Assembly: GCA_027923505.1 (NCBI GenBank) | Contig: BROI01000018.1 | Span: 1-64,000 of the forward strand | Length of the DNA stretch: 64,000 nucleotides | Reading direction: 5' to 3' | Origin: Mayamaea pseudoterrestris | Lineage: Eukaryota | In this document: piece by piece, positions 12,463 to 27,099 of the stretch | Layout of the letters: every line of letters begins with the position of its first letter | Numbering within the stretch: the stretch's first letter is position 1 | The notes under the pieces: model-generated | Seen by the model: only the letters and a program-made list of their open reading frames with translations | What the model was told of the DNA's origin: nothing | Database searches by the model: none | Program-made: the position numbers and the translations under genes

Positions 12463-15400
12463 CCGCAGATGCCGTGACATTCAAACACCCCTACAGCAAG
12501 CCCTGTAGGTGCCCAAAATACACCAGAATGGTGCCAACATCATTATTCAGGCTGCGCTACAAGATGATAGTCTTGGCTGTTGATTCAGGGGATGGCAATG
12601 TAATTGGTGACAACTTGTCACCAGTCTCAGCCCGCAGATGCCGTGACATTCAAACACCCCTACAGCAAACCCTTTAGGTGCCCAAAATACACCAGAATGG
12701 TGCCAACATCATTATTCAGGCTGAGCTACAAAATGGTAGGCTTGGCTGGTGTCTCAGGGGATGGCAATGTATTTGGTGACAACTTGTCACCAGTCTCAGC
12801 CCGCAGATGCCGTGACATTCAAATGCCCCTACAGCAAGCCCTGTTGGTGCCCGAAATACTCCAGAATGGTGCCAACATCCTTATTCTGGCTGCGCTACAA
12901 GATGGTAGTCTTGGCTGGTGACTCAGGGGATGGCAATGTATTTGGTGACAACTTGTCACCAGTCTCAGCCAGCAGATGCCATGACATTCAAATGCCCCTA
13001 CAGCAAGCCCTGTAGGTGCCCAAAATACACCAATTGGTGTCAACATCATTATTCAGGCTGCACTACAAGATGGTAGACTAGGCTGGTGTCTCAGGGGATG
13101 GCAATGTATTTGGTGACAACTTGTCACCAGTCTCAGCCCGCACATACCGTGACATTCAAATGCCCCTACAGCAAGCCCTGTAGGTGCCCAAAATACACCA
13201 GAATGGTGCCAACATCATTATTCAGGCTGCGCTACAAAATGGTAGGCTTGGCTGGTGTTTCAGGGGATGGCAATGTATTTGGTGACAACTTGTCACCAGT
13301 CTCAGCCCGCAGATGCCGTGACATTCAAATGCCCCTACAGCAAGCCCTGTAGGTGCCCAAAATACTCCCGAATGGTGCCAATATCCTTATTCTGGCTGCG
13401 CTACAAGATGGTAGTCTTGGCTGGTGACTCAGGGGATGGAAATGTATGTGGTGACAACTTGTCACCAGTCTCAGCCAGCAGATGCCATGACATTCAAATG
13501 CCCCTACAGCAAGCCCTGTAGGTGCCCAAAATACACCAGATTGGTGTCAACATCATTATTCAGGATGCACTACAAGATGGTAGACTTTGCTGGTGTCTCA
13601 GGGGATGGCAATGTATTTGGTGACAACTTGTCACCAGTCTCAGCCTGCAGACGCCGTGACATTCATACACCCCTACAGCAAGCCCTGTAGGTGCCCAAAA
13701 TACACCAGAATGGTGCCAACATCATTAATCAGGCTGAGCTACAAGATGGTAGGCTTGGCTGGTGTCTCAGGGGATGGCAATGTATTTCGTGACAACTTGT
13801 CACCAGTCTCAGCCCGCAGATGCGGTGACATTCAAACGCCCCTACAGCAAGCCCTGTAGGTGCCCAAAATACTCAAGAATGGTGCCAACATCATTATTCT
13901 GGCTGCGCTACAAGATGGTAGACTTGGCTGGTGACCCAGGGGATGGCAATGTATTTGGTGACAACTTGTCACCAGTCTCAGCCCGCAGATGGCGTGACAT
14001 TCAAACACCCCTACAGCAAGCCCTGTAGGTGCCCAAAATACACCAGATTGGTGTCAACATCATTATTCAGGCTGCGCTACAAGATGGTAGGCTTGGCGGG
14101 TGTCTCAGGGGATGGCAATGTATTTGGTGACAACTTGTCACCAGGCTCAGCCCGCAGATGCCGTGACATTCAAATGCCCCTACAGCAAGCCCTGTAGGTG
14201 CCCAAAGTACTCCAGAATGGTGCCAACATCCTTACTCAGGCTGCGCTACAAGATGATAGGTTTGGCTGGTGTCTCAGGGGATGGCAATGTATTTGGTGAC
14301 AACTTGTCACCAGTCTCAGCCCGCAGATGCCGTGACATTCAAACACCCCTACAGCCAACCCTTTAGGTGCCCAAAATACACCAGAATGGTGCCAACATCA
14401 TTATTCAGGCTGCGCTACAAAATGGTAGGCTTGGCTGGTGTCTCAGGGGATGGCAATGTATTTGGTGACAACTTGTCACCAGTCTCAGCCCGCAGATGCC
14501 GTGACATTCAAATGCCCCTACAGCAAGCCCTGTAGGTGCCGAAAATACTCCAGAATGGTGCCAACATCCTTATTCTGGCTGCGCTACAAGATGGTAGTCT
14601 TGGCTGGTGACTCAGGGGATGGCAATGTATTTGGTGACAACTTGTCACCAGTCTCAGCCAGCAGATGCCATGACATTCAAATGCCCCTACAGCAAGCCCT
14701 GTAGGTGCCCAAAATACTCCAGAATGGTGCCAACATCCTTATTCAGGCTGCGCTACAAGATGGTAGTCTTGGCTGGTGACTCAGGGGATGGCAATGTATT
14801 AGGTGACAACTTGTCACCAGTCTCAGCCCGCAGATGCCGTGACATTCAAATGCCCCTACAGCAAGCCCTGTAGGTGCCCAAAATACACCAGAATGGTGCC
14901 AACATCATTTTTCAGGCTGCGCTACAAGATGGTAGTCTTGGCTGGTGACTCAGGGGATGGCAATGTATTTGGTGACAACTTGTCACCAGGCTCAGCCCGC
15001 AGATGCCGTGACATTCAAATGCCCCTACAGCAAGCCCTGTAGGTGCCCAAAGTACTCCAGAATGGTGCCAACATCCTTACTCAGGCTGCGCTACAAGATG
15101 ATAGGTTTGGCTGGTGTCTCAGGGGATGGCAATGTTTTTGGTTACAACTTGTCACCAGTCTCAGCCCGCAGATGCCGTGACATTCAAACACCCCTACAGC
15201 CAACCCTTTAGGTGCCCAAAATACACCAGAATGGTGCCAACATCATTATTCAGGCTGCGCTACAAAATGGTAGGCTTGGCTGGTGTCTCAGGGGATGGCA
15301 ATGTATTTGGTGACAACTTGTCACCAGTCTCAGCCCGCAGATGCCGTGACATTCAAATGCCCCTACAGCAAGCCCTGTAGGTGCCGAAAATACTCCAGAA

Positions 15401-16554
15401 TGGTGCCAACATCCTTATTCTGGCTGCGCTACAAGATGGTAGTCTTGGCTGGTGACTCAGGGGATGGCAATGTATTTGGTGACAACTTGTCACCAGTCTC
15501 AGCCAGCAGATGCCATGACATTCAAATGCCCCTACAGCAAGCCCTGAAGGTGCCCAAAATACTCCAGAATGGTGCCAACATCCTTATTCAGGCTGCGCTA
15601 CAAGATGGTAGTCTTGGCTGGTGACTCAGGGGATGGCAATGTATTAGGTGACAACTTGTCACCAGTCTCAGCCCGCAGATGCCATGACATTCAAATGCCC
15701 CTACAGCAAGCCCTGTAGGTGCCCAAAATACACCAGAATGGTGCCAACATCATTTTTCAGGTTGCGCTACAAGATGGTAGTCTTGGCTGGTGACTCAGGG
15801 GATGGCAATGTATTTGGTGACAACTTGTCACCAGGCTCAGCCCGCAGATGCCGTGACATTCAAATGCCCCTACAGCAAGCCCTGTAGGTGCCCAAAGTAC
15901 TCCAGAATGGTGCCAACATCCTTACTCAGGCTGCGCTACAAGATGATAGGTTTGGCTGGTGTCTCAGGGGATGGCAATGTTTTTGGTTACAACTTGTCAC
16001 CAGTCTCAGCCCGCAGATGCCGTGACATTCAAACACCCCTACAGCCAACCCTTTAGGTGCCCAAAATACACCAGAATGGTGCCAACATCATTATTCAGGC
16101 TGCGCTACAAAATGGTAGGCTTGGCTGGTGTTTCAGGGGATGGCAATGTATTTGGTGACAACTTGTCACCAGTCTCAGCCCGCAGATGCCGTGACATTCA
16201 AATGCCCCTACAGCAAGCCCTGTAGGTGCCCAAAATACTCCAGAATGGTGCCAACATCCTTATTCTGGCTGCGCTACAAGATGGTAGTCTTGGCTGGTGA
16301 CTCAGGGGATGGCAATGTATTTGGTGACAACTTGTCACCAGTCTCAGCCAGCAGATGCCATGACATTCAAATGCCCCTACAGCAAGCCCTGTAGGTGCCC
16401 AAAATACTCCAGAATGGTGCCAACATCCTTATTCAGGCTGCGCTACAAGATGGTAGTCTTGGCTGGTGACTCAGGGGATGGCAATGTATTAGGTGACAAC
16501 TTGTCACCAGTCTCAGCCCGCAGATGCCGTGACATTCAAATGCCCCTACAGCAA
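12463..16554. repeat. Satellite A block 2, about 24 copies, containing an 845-bp (5-mer) higher-order repeat
   Basis: 169-bp period; the same variant monomers recur at 14100/14945/15790 and 14269/15114/15959. Confidence 0.96.
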
Positions 16555-19500
16555 TGGCAAACATGAAGTCTATGCATACAAGCACTGTGCATGATCCGAG
16601 GGCACAAGACATACCTCCTTGGTGAATTTGTTTTGCGCATCAGCCTCCTGCTTGCCTTTTGCCTTCAGGTCAGCAGCTTCAGTTAGCAGGTACTATGTGA
16701 CTGCCTACCCTAGCAGTGGCAAACATCAGATTCCCACAATCTCTTTGTAAACAGGCTTGGGGCATGATCCAAGGTCACAAATGGATATTGTATAGTGCAT
16801 TCACTTTGTGCATTTGCCTCCTGCATGTTGCCTGCTTCCAGATCCGAAGAAGTTGCTGGTATGTACTACCCAACTGCCAAACACCAACCTAGCAGTGGCA
16901 AACATGAAGTGCCCACACACTCTATGCGTACAGCCACTGTGCATGATCCGAGGGCACAAGACATACCTCCTTGGTGAATTTGTTTTGCGCATCAGCCTCC
17001 TGCTTGCCTTTTGCCTTCAGGTCAGCAGCTTCAGTTAGCAGGTACTATGTGACTGCCTACCTAGCAGAGGCAAACATCAGATCCCCACAATCTCTTTGTA
17101 AACTGGCTTGGGGCATGATCCAAGGTCACAAATGGATATTGTATTGTGCATTCACTTTGTGCATTTGCCTCCTGCATGTTGCCTGCTTCCAGATCCACAG
17201 AAGTTGCTGGAATGTACTACCCAACTGCCGAACACCAACCTAGCAGTGGCAAACATGAAGTGCCCACACACTCTATGCATACAGCCACTGTGCATGATCC
17301 GAGGGCACAAGACATACCTCCTTGGTGAATTTGTTTTGCGCATCAGCCTCCTGCTTGCCGTTTGCCTTCAGGTCAGCAGCTTCAGTTAGCAGGTACTATG
17401 TGACTGCCTACCCTAGCAGTGGCAAACATCAGATGCCCACAATCTCTTTGTAAACTGGCTTGGGGCATGATCCAAGGTCACAAATGGATATTGTATAGTG
17501 CATTCACTTTGTGCATTTGCCTCCTGCATGTTGCCTGCTTCCAGATCCACAGAAGTTGCTGGTATGTACTACCCAACTGCCGAACACCAACCTAGCAGTG
17601 GCAAACATGAAGTGCCCACACACTCTATGCGTACAGCCACTGTGCAACATCCGAGGGCACAAGACATACCTCCTTAGTGAATTTGTTTTGCGCATCAGCC
17701 TCCTGCTTGCCTTTTGCCTTCAGGTCAGCAGCTTCAGTTAGCAGGTACTATGTGACTGCCTACCCTAACAGTGGCAAACATCAGATCCCCACAATCTCTT
17801 TGTAAACTGGCTTGGGGCATGATCCAAGGTCACAAATGGATATGGTTTAGTGCATTCACTTTGTGCATTTGCCTCCTGCATGTTGCCTGCTTCCAGATCC
17901 GCAGAAGTTGCTGGTATGTACTACCCAACTGCCGAACACCAACCTAGCAGTGGCAAACATGAAGTGCCCACACACTCTATGCGTACAGCCACTGTGCATG
18001 ATCCGAGGGCACAAGACATACCTCCTTGGTGAATTTGTTTTGCGCATCAGCCTCCTGCTTGCCTTTTGCCTTCAGGTCAGCAGCTTCAGTTAGCAGGTAC
18101 TATGTGACTGCCTACCCTAGCAGTGGCAAACATCAGATCCCCACAATCTCTTTGTAAACTGGCTTGGGGCATGATCCAAGGTCACAAATGGATATTGTAT
18201 AGTGCATTCACTTTGTGCATTTGCCTCCTGCATGTTGCCTGCTTCCAGATCCGCAGAAGTTGCTGGTATGTACTACCCAACTGCCAAACACCAACCTAGC
18301 AGTGGCAAACATGAAGTGCCCACACACTCTATGCGTACAGCCACTGTGCATGATCCGAGGGCACAAGACATAACTTCTTGGTGAATTTGTTTTGCGCATC
18401 AGCCTCCTGCTTGCCTTTTGCCTTCAGGTCAGCAGCTTCAGTTAGCAGGTACTATGTGACTGCCTACCCTAGCAGTGGCAAACATCAGATCCCCACAATC
18501 TCTTTGATAACTGGCTTGGGGCATGATCCAAGGTCACAAATGGATATTGTATAGTGCATTCACTTTGTGCATTTGCCTCTTGCATGTTGCCTGCTTCCAG
18601 ATCCACAGAAGTTGCTGGTATGTACTACCCAACTGCCGAACACCAACCTAGCAGTGGCAAACATGAAGTGCCCACACACTCTATGCGTACAGCCACTGTG
18701 CATGATCCGAGGGCACAAGACATACCTCCTTGGTGAATTTGTTTTGCGCATCAGCCTCCTGCTTGCCTTTTGCCTTCAGGTCAGCAGCTTCAGTTAGCAG
18801 GTACTATGTGACTGCCTACCCTAGCAGTGGCAAACATCAGATCCCCACAATCTCTTTGTAAACTGGCTTGGGGCATGATCCAAGGTCACAAATGGATATT
18901 GTATAGTGCATTCACTTTGTGCATTTGCCTCCTGCATGTTTCCTGCTCCCAGATCCGCAGAAGTTGCTGGAATGTACTACCCAACTGCCGAACACCAACC
19001 TAGCAGTGGCAAACATGAAGTGCCCAAACACTCTATGCGTACAGCCACTGTGCATGATCCGAGGGCACAAGACATACCTCCTTGGTGAATTTGTTTTGCG
19101 CATCAGCCTCCTGCTTGCCATTTGCCTTCAGGTCAGCAGTTTCAGTTAGCAGGTACTATGTGACAGCCTACCCTAGCAGTGGCAAACATCAGATCCCCAC
19201 AATCTCTTTGTAAACGGGCTTGGGGCATGATCCAAGGTCACAAATGGATATTGTATAGTGCATTCACTTTGTGCATTTTGCCTCCTGCATGTTGCCTGCT
19301 TCCAGATCCGCAGAAGTTGCTGGTATGTACTACCCATCTGCCGAACACCAACCTAGCAGTGGCAAACATGAAGTGCCCACACACTCTATGCGTACAGCCA
19401 CTGTGCATGATCCGAGGGCACAAGACATACCTCCTTGGTGAATTTGTTTTGCGCATCAGCCTCCTGCTTGCCTTTTGCCTTCAGGTCAGCAGCTTCAGTT

Positions 19501-19674
19501 AGCAGGTACTATGTGACTGCCTACCCTAGCAGTGGCAAACATCAGATCCCCACAATCTCTTTGTAAACTGGCTTGGGGCATGATCCAAGGTCACAAATGG
19601 ATATTGTATAGTGCATTCACTTTGTGCATTTGCCTCCTGCATGTTGCCTGCTACCAGATCCGCAGAAGTTACTG

Positions 19675-20701
19675 CAATTGGCTTCGGCACACGTGCAGGA
19701 CTCGCTTGACCGGGCAACAGCCAGCGGAAGATTCGAGCGCGGATGAATGGGACAACGGAACTTGTGAAACTTGCCATCTTGGTCCTGCAGGTTCATGAAG
19801 AAGAATGAATGTGAACCGCCATATTGGATCTCGTCTTGGCTTAAACCGTGGTAGAGAGCATAGCCTTGAGGCGACAGCAGGCGTTGGTTGGAAGCAGGAC
19901 ACAAATGCGCTGGTACAATGACCTCCACATTCTTGCCTTGCTCTGTGATAAACATCCAACACACTTTGCCGTGCCCCGTGATAGCAGACTTGCCATTAGC
20001 GGTATTGATAAAGCCTTTGGTCCACCGCAACTTAACAAAATCATCCACAAAGCGTCAGAGCAACGGAGCAACCAGTATCTAGGACACGGAGATTAGCTCC
20101 TCCTGACCGCCCCTGAACACTCAGCCTCGAATGCAACGCCATGACAAAGTCCGGGTCAAGACGTGAGCATTGAATGCATTGCTATAGTCTTCCTTGCCCA
20201 AGCTTGATGACCGCAATTGAAGAGGCAGCGACAAACGAAACGTTTATTGTTATACTGCTTGGAGAGTCCCTCTGAGATAGCAGTTACATTAGCGTGATTA
20301 TTATAAATTATTATGAAGAGGCAGCGACAGGCTCCCTGGATAGGGCAGCGACAAGTTAAAGGACTCATCAACCGTGGATAGAAGAGCTTTAGCTACCGTT
20401 GATGCGTTTTCATGGCTTTGGAGAACCTCCTCGAGAAGCTTGCTTGTCGCCGGCATAAGAGCCTGGCACTGGGAACAGGACTTGGACTGGAACTTGGTCT
20501 TGCACTCGGTCAGGGCAGACGGGGGGGGCTTGGTCTTGGCTTGGTCTTGCACTCGCGGTCAGGGAGGCGAGCAGGGCCTTGGTCTTGATCTTGGTCTTGG
20601 ACTCGGTCAGGGACGCGAGCGGGGACGGATCATCACTGGGTGCAGGACTGGGAATTTGCTCAACCTCGAAGAAGACGTCTTCAATGTCTGTTATATTGCC
20701 A
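19675..20701 (-). mobile_element. Captured Copia protease fragment, copy 2 (with indels)
   Basis: Same sequence and junctions (agaagttactg|caattggc ... tatattgcca|ttgtgc) as 8585-9620. Confidence 0.8.
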
Positions 20702-22164
20702 TTGTGCATTTGCCTCCTGCATGTTGCCTGCTTCCAGATACGCAGAAGTTACTGGTATGTACTACCCAACTGCCGAACACCAACCTAGCAGTGGCAAACA
20801 TGAAGTGCCCACACACTCTATGCGTACAGCCACTGTGCATGATCCGAGGGCACAAGACATACCTCCTTGGTGAATTTGTTTTGCGCATCAGCCTCCTGCT
20901 TGCCATTTGCCTTCAGGTCAGCAGTTTCAGTTAGCAGGTACTATGTGACTGCCTACCCTAGCAGTGGCAAACATCAGATCCCCACAATCTCTTTGTAAAC
21001 TGGCTTGGGGCATGATCCAAGGTCACAAATGGATATTGTATAGTGCATTCACTTTGTGCATTTTGCCTCCTGCATGTTGCCTGCTTCCAGATCCGCAGAA
21101 GTTGGTGGTATGTACTACCCATCTGCCGAACACCAACCTAGCAGTGGCAAACATGAAGTGCCCACACACTCTATGCGTACAGCCACTGTGCATGATCCGA
21201 GGGCACAAGACATACCTCCTTGGTGAATTTGTTTTGCGCATCAGCCTCCTGCTTGCCTTCTGCCTTCAGGTCAGCAGCTTCAGTTAGCAGGTACTATGTG
21301 ACTGTCTACCCTAGCAGTGGCAAACATCAGATCCCCACAATCTCTTTGTAAACTGGCTTGGGGCATGATCCAAGGTCACAAATGGATATTGTATAGTGCA
21401 TTCACTTTGTGCATTTGCCTCCTGCATGTTTCCTGCTCCCAGATCCGCAGAAGTTGCTGGAATGTACTACCCAACTGCCGAACACCAACCTAGCAGTGGC
21501 AAACATGAAGTGCCCAAACACTCTATGCGTACAGCCACTGTGCATGATCCGAGGGCACAAGACATACCTCCTTGGTGAATTTGTTTTGCGCATCAGCCTC
21601 CTGCTTGCCATTTGCCTTCAGGTCAGCAGTTTCAGTTAGCAGGTACTATGTGACAGCCTACCCTAGCAGTGGCAAACATCAGATCCCCACAATCTCTTTG
21701 TAAACGGGCTTGGGGCATGATCCAAGGTCACAAATGGATATTGTATAGTGCATTCACTTTGTGCATTTTGCCTCCTGCATGTTGCCTGCTTCCAGATCCG
21801 CAGAAGTTGCTGGTATGTACTACCCATCTGCCGAACACCAACCTAGCAGTGGCAAACATGAAGTGCCCACACACTCTATGCGTACAGCCACTGTGCATGA
21901 TCCGAGGGCACAAGACATACCTCCTTGGTGAATTTGTTTTGCGCATCAGCCTCCTGCTTGCCTTTTGCCTTCAGGTCAGCAGCTTCAGTTAGCAGGTACT
22001 ATGTGACTGCCTACCCTAGCAGTGGCAAACATCAGATCCCCACAATCTCTTTGTAAACTGGCTTGGGGCATGATCCAAGGTCACAAATGGATATTGTATA
22101 GTGCATTCACTTTGTGCATTTGCCTCCTGCATGTTGCCTGCTACCAGATCCGCAGAAGTTACTG

Positions 22165-23159
22165 CAATTGGCTCGCACACGTGCGACAGGACTCGCTTGA
22201 CCCTGGAAACCGCCAGCGGAAGATTCGAGCGCGGATGAATGGGACAACGGAACTTGTGAAACTTGCCATCTTGGTCCTGCAGGTTCATGAAGAAGAATGA
22301 ATGTGAACCGCCATATTGGATCTCGTCTTGGCTTAAACCGTGGTAGAGAGCATAGCCTTGAGGCGACAGCAGGCGTTGGTTGGAAGCAGGACACAAATGC
22401 GCTGGTACAATGACCTCCACATTCTTGCCTTGCTCTGTGATAAACCTCCACCACACACTTTGCCGTGCCCGTGATAGCAGACTTGCCATTAGCGGTATTG
22501 ATAAAGCCTTTGGTCCAGGACAATTAACCTTACAGAGCCGTCAGAGCAGCCAGATAGCAGGACGATTAGTCCTCCTGACCGCCCCTGAACACTCGAGCCT
22601 CGCAATGCAACGACATGACAAAGTCCGGTGCACACACTCTTCCATTGCCTCATCTTGCCCAATATTGAAGAGGCAGCGAACAACGTTTATTGTTATACTG
22701 CTTGGAGAGTCCCTCTGAGATAGCAGTATAACAATAAACGTTTCGTTATTATTATTATTATTATTATTATTATGAAGAGGCAGCGACAGGCTCCCTGGAT
22801 AGGGCAGCGACAAGTTAAAGGACTCATCAACCGTGGATAGAAGAGCTTTAGCTACCGTTGATGCGTTTTCATGGCCTTGGAGAACCTCCTCGAGAAGCTT
22901 GCTTGTCGCCGGCATAAGAGCCTGGCACTGGGAACAGGACTTGGACTGGAACTTGGTCTTGCACTCGGTCAGGGACACGAGCGGGGCCTTGGTCTTGGAC
23001 TTGGTCTTGCACTCGGTCAGGGAGGCGAGCAGGGCCTTGGTCTTGATCTTGGTCTTGGACTCGGTCAGGGACGCGAGCGGGGACGGATCATCACTGGGTG
23101 CAGGACTGGGAATTTGCTCAACCTCGAAGAAGACGTCTTCAATGTCTGTTATATTGCCA
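22165..23159 (-). mobile_element. Captured Copia protease fragment, copy 3 (degraded middle, longer (TTA)n)
   Basis: Same junctions as copies 1 and 2. Confidence 0.8.
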
Positions 23160-23986
23160 TTGTGCATTTGCCTCCTGCATGTTGCCTGCTTCCAGATACG
23201 CAGAAGTTACTGGTATGTACTACCCAACTGCCGAACACCAACCTAGCAGTGGCAAACATGAAGTGCCCACACACTCTATGCGTACAGCCACTGTGCATGA
23301 TCCGAGGGCACAAGACATACCTCCTTGGTGAATTTGTTTTGCGCATCAGCCTCCTGCTTGCCATTTGCCTTCAGGTCAGCAGTTTCAGTTAGCAGGTACT
23401 ATGTGACTGCCTACCCTAGCAGTGGCAAACATCAGATCCCCACAATCTCTTTGTAAACTGGCTTGGGGCATGATCCAAGGTCACAAATGGATATTGTATA
23501 GTGCATTCACTTTGTGCATTTTGCCTCCTGCATGTTGCCTGCTTCCAGATCCGCAGAAGTTGGTGGTATGTACTACCCAACTGCCGAACACCAACCTAGC
23601 AGTGGCAAACATGAAGTGCCCACACACTCTATGCGTACAGCCACTGTGCATGATCCGAGGGCACAAGACATACCTCCTTGGTGAATTTGTTTTGCGCATC
23701 AGCCTCCTGCTTGCCTTTTGCCTTCAGGTCAGCAGCTTCAGTTAGCAGGTACTATGTGACTGCCTACCCTAGCAGTGGCAAACATCAGATCCCCACAATC
23801 TCTTTGTAAACTGGCTTGGGGCATGATCCAAGATCACAAATGGATATTGTATAGTGCATTCACTTTGTGCCATTTGCCTCCTGCATGTTGCCTGCTTCCA
23901 GATCCGCAGAAGTTGCTGGTATGTACTACCCAATTGCCTTACACCAACCTAGCATTGGCAAAAGTGTGTGGGCAGCCACTGTGCAT

Positions 23987-24047
23987 ATAGTCTCCATTTC
24001 ATTGTTTTATGAACCATTAAATGGTGGGCCTAGCCATTGTTCCTGCT
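23987..24047. other. B-to-C junction linker, copy 2
   Basis: Matches 10095-10155, including the preceding truncated B monomer (aaagtgtgtgggcagccactgtgcat). Confidence 0.9.
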
Positions 24048-27000
24048 ATGGTGTCAGCCTCCAGGCAGTCCTCTATGCACCATTTGAGACTCTGCACCTG
24101 TCAATGGCACACCCTGGACATGTTTTGCCTGACTCATTGGGTATTTGGGTGGCCAGGGCATGGGGCGTTTGACAGGTCAGAATCTACAACTTGTGGTGTT
24201 GGCCATACCCACAGTGGAGGCCGTACCCATGGTGTCAGCCTCCAGGCAGTCCTTTCTGCACCATTTGAGACTCTGCACCTGTCAATGGCATACCCTGGAC
24301 ATGTTTTGCCTGACTCATTGGGTATTTGGGTGGCCAGGGCATGGGGCGTTTGACAGGTCAGAATCTACAACTTGTGGTGTTGGCCATACCCACAGTGGAG
24401 GCCGTACCCATGGTGTCAGCCTCCAGGCAGTCCTTTTTGCACCATTTGAGACTCTGCACCTGTCAATGGCATACCCTGGACATGTTTTGCCTGACTCATT
24501 GGGTATTTGGGTGGCCAGGGCATGGGGCGTTTGACAGGTCAGAATCGACAACTTGTGGTGTTGGCCATACCCACAGTGGAGGCTGTACCCATGGTGTCAG
24601 CCTCCAGGCAGTCCTTTTTGCACCATTTGAGACTCTGCACCTGTCAATGGCATACCCTGGACATGTTTGGCCTGACTCATTGGGTATTTGGGTGGCCAGG
24701 GCATGGGGCGTTTGACAGGTAAGAATCGACAACTTGTGGTGTTGGCCATACCCACAGTGGAGGCCGTACCCATGGTGTCAGCCTCCAGGCAGTCCTTTTT
24801 GCACCATTTGAGACTCTGCACCTGTCAATGGCATACCCCTGACATGTTTGGCCTGACTCATTGGGTATTTGGGTGGCCAGGGCATAAACGTTTGACAGGT
24901 CAGAATCGACAACTTGTGTTTTGGCCATACCCACCGTGGAGGCCGTACCAGTGGTGTCAGCCTCCAGGCAGTCCTTTTTGCACCATTTGAGACTCTGCAC
25001 CTGTCAATGGCATACCCTGGACATGTTTTGCCTGACTCATTGGGTATTTGGGTGGCCAGGGCATGGGGCGTTTGACAGGTCAGTCGGAATCTGCAACTGT
25101 GGTGTCATACGCAGGCCGTACCCAGGTGTCAGCCTCGGCAGTCCTTTTGCACCATTTGAGACTCTGCACCTGTCAATGGCATACCCTGACATGTTTTGCC
25201 TGCTTGGGTATTTGGGTGGCCAGGGCATGGGGCGTTTGACAGGTCAGAATCTACAACTTGTAATGTTGGCCATACCCACAGTGGAGGCCGTACCCATGGT
25301 GTCAGCCTCCAGGCAGTCCTTTTTGCACCATTTGAGACTCTGCACCTGTCAATGGCATACCCTGACATGTTTTGCCTGACTCATTGGGTATTTGGGTGGC
25401 CAGGGCATGGGGCGTTTGACAGGTCAGAATCGACAACTTGTGGTGTTGGCCATACCCACAGTGGAGGCTGTACCCATGGTGTCAGCCTCCAGGCATGCCC
25501 TTCCGCACCATTTGAGACTCTGCACCTATCCATGGCATACCCTGGACATGTTTTGCCTGGCTCATTGGTTTGCACCATTTGAGACTCTGCACCTGTCAAT
25601 GGCACACCCTGGACATGTTTTGCCTGACTCATTGGGTATTTGGGTGGCCAGGGCATGGGGCGTTTGACAGGTCAGAATCTACAACTTGTGGTGTTGGCCA
25701 TACCCACAGTGGAGGCCGTACCCATGGTGTCAGCCTCCAGGCAGTCCTTTCTGCACCATTTGAGACTCTGCACCTGTCAATGGCATACCCTGGACATGTT
25801 TTGCCTGACTCATTGGGTATTTGGGTGGCCAGGGCATGGGGCGTTTGACAGGTCAGAATCTACAACTTGTGGTGTTGGCCATACCCACAGTGGAGGCCGT
25901 ACCCATGGTGTCAGCCTCCAGGCAGTCCTTTTTGCACCATTTGAGACTCTGCACCTGTCAATGGCATACCCTGGACATGTTTTGCCTGACTCATTGGGTA
26001 TTTGGGTGGCCAGGGCATGGGGCGTTTGACAGGTCAGAATCGACAACTTGTGGTGTTGGCCATACCCACAGTGGAGGCTGTACCCATGGTGTCAGCCTCC
26101 AGGCAGTCCTTTTTGCACCATTTGAGACTCTGCACCTGTCAATGGCATACCCTGGACATGTTTGGCCTGACTCATTGGGTATTTGGGTGGCCAGGGCATG
26201 GGGCGTTTGACAGGTAAGAATCGACAACTTGTGGTGTTGGCCATACCCACAGTGGAGGCCGTACCCATGGTGTCAGCCTCCAGGCAGTCCTTTTTGCACC
26301 ATTTGAGACTCTGCACCTGTCAATGGCATACCCCTGACATGTTTGGCCTGACTCATTGGGTATTTGGGTGGCCAGGGCATAAACGTTTGACAGGTCAGAA
26401 TCGACAACTTGTGTTTTGGCCATACCCACCGTGGAGGCCGTACCAGTGGTGTCAGCCTCCAGGCAGTCCTTTTTGCACCATTTGAGACTCTGCACCTGTC
26501 AATGGCATACCCTGGACATGTTTTGCCTGACTCATTGGGTATTTGGGTGGCCAGGGCATGGGGCGTTTGACAGGTCAGTCGGAATCTGCAACTGTGGTGT
26601 CATACGCAGGCCGTACCCAGGTGTCAGCCTCGGCAGTCCTTTTGCACCATTTGAGACTCTGCACCTGTCAATGGCATACCCTGACATGTTTTGCCTGCTT
26701 GGGTATTTGGGTGGCCAGGGCATGGGGCGTTTGACAGGTCAGAATCTACAACTTGTAATGTTGGCCATACCCACAGTGGAGGCCGTACCCATGGTGTCAG
26801 CCTCCAGGCAGTCCTTTTTGCACCATTTGAGACTCTGCACCTGTCAATGGCATACCCTGACATGTTTTGCCTGACTCATTGGGTATTTGGGTGGCCAGGG
26901 CATGGGGCGTTTGACAGGTCAGAATCGACAACTTGTGGTGTTGGCCATACCCACAGTGGAGGCTGTACCCATGGTGTCAGCCTCCAGGCATGCCCTTCCG

Positions 27001-27064
27001 CACCATTTGAGACTCTGCACCTATCCATGGCATACCCTGGACATGTTTTGCCTGGCTCATTGGG
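24048..27064. repeat. Satellite C block 2, about 17 copies
   Basis: 181-bp period; contains a 1495-bp duplication (identical ORF translations at 24145 and 25640). Confidence 0.96.
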
Positions 27065-27099
27065 TTGGGTGCCACAGGCGCAATTGGCTGCAGTGGCAT

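Larger units (their letters stand above)
16555..23986. repeat. Satellite B block 2, about 15 copies plus two 1-kb inserts
   Basis: 352-bp period; the monomer variant order largely parallels block 1 from about 5110; internal 2490-bp duplication (18906 vs 21396, 19526 vs 22016). Confidence 0.96.

Noticed and set aside
3499..27064. Hammerhead-ribozyme (retrozyme-like) satellite, or 5S/tRNA/SL-RNA tandem genes
   Set aside because: No CTGANGA...GAAA core found by eye on either strand of the A, B or C monomers (nearest ctgatgc/ctgatgt), and no cloverleaf or 5S similarity recognised. An Infernal/Rfam scan would be decisive.
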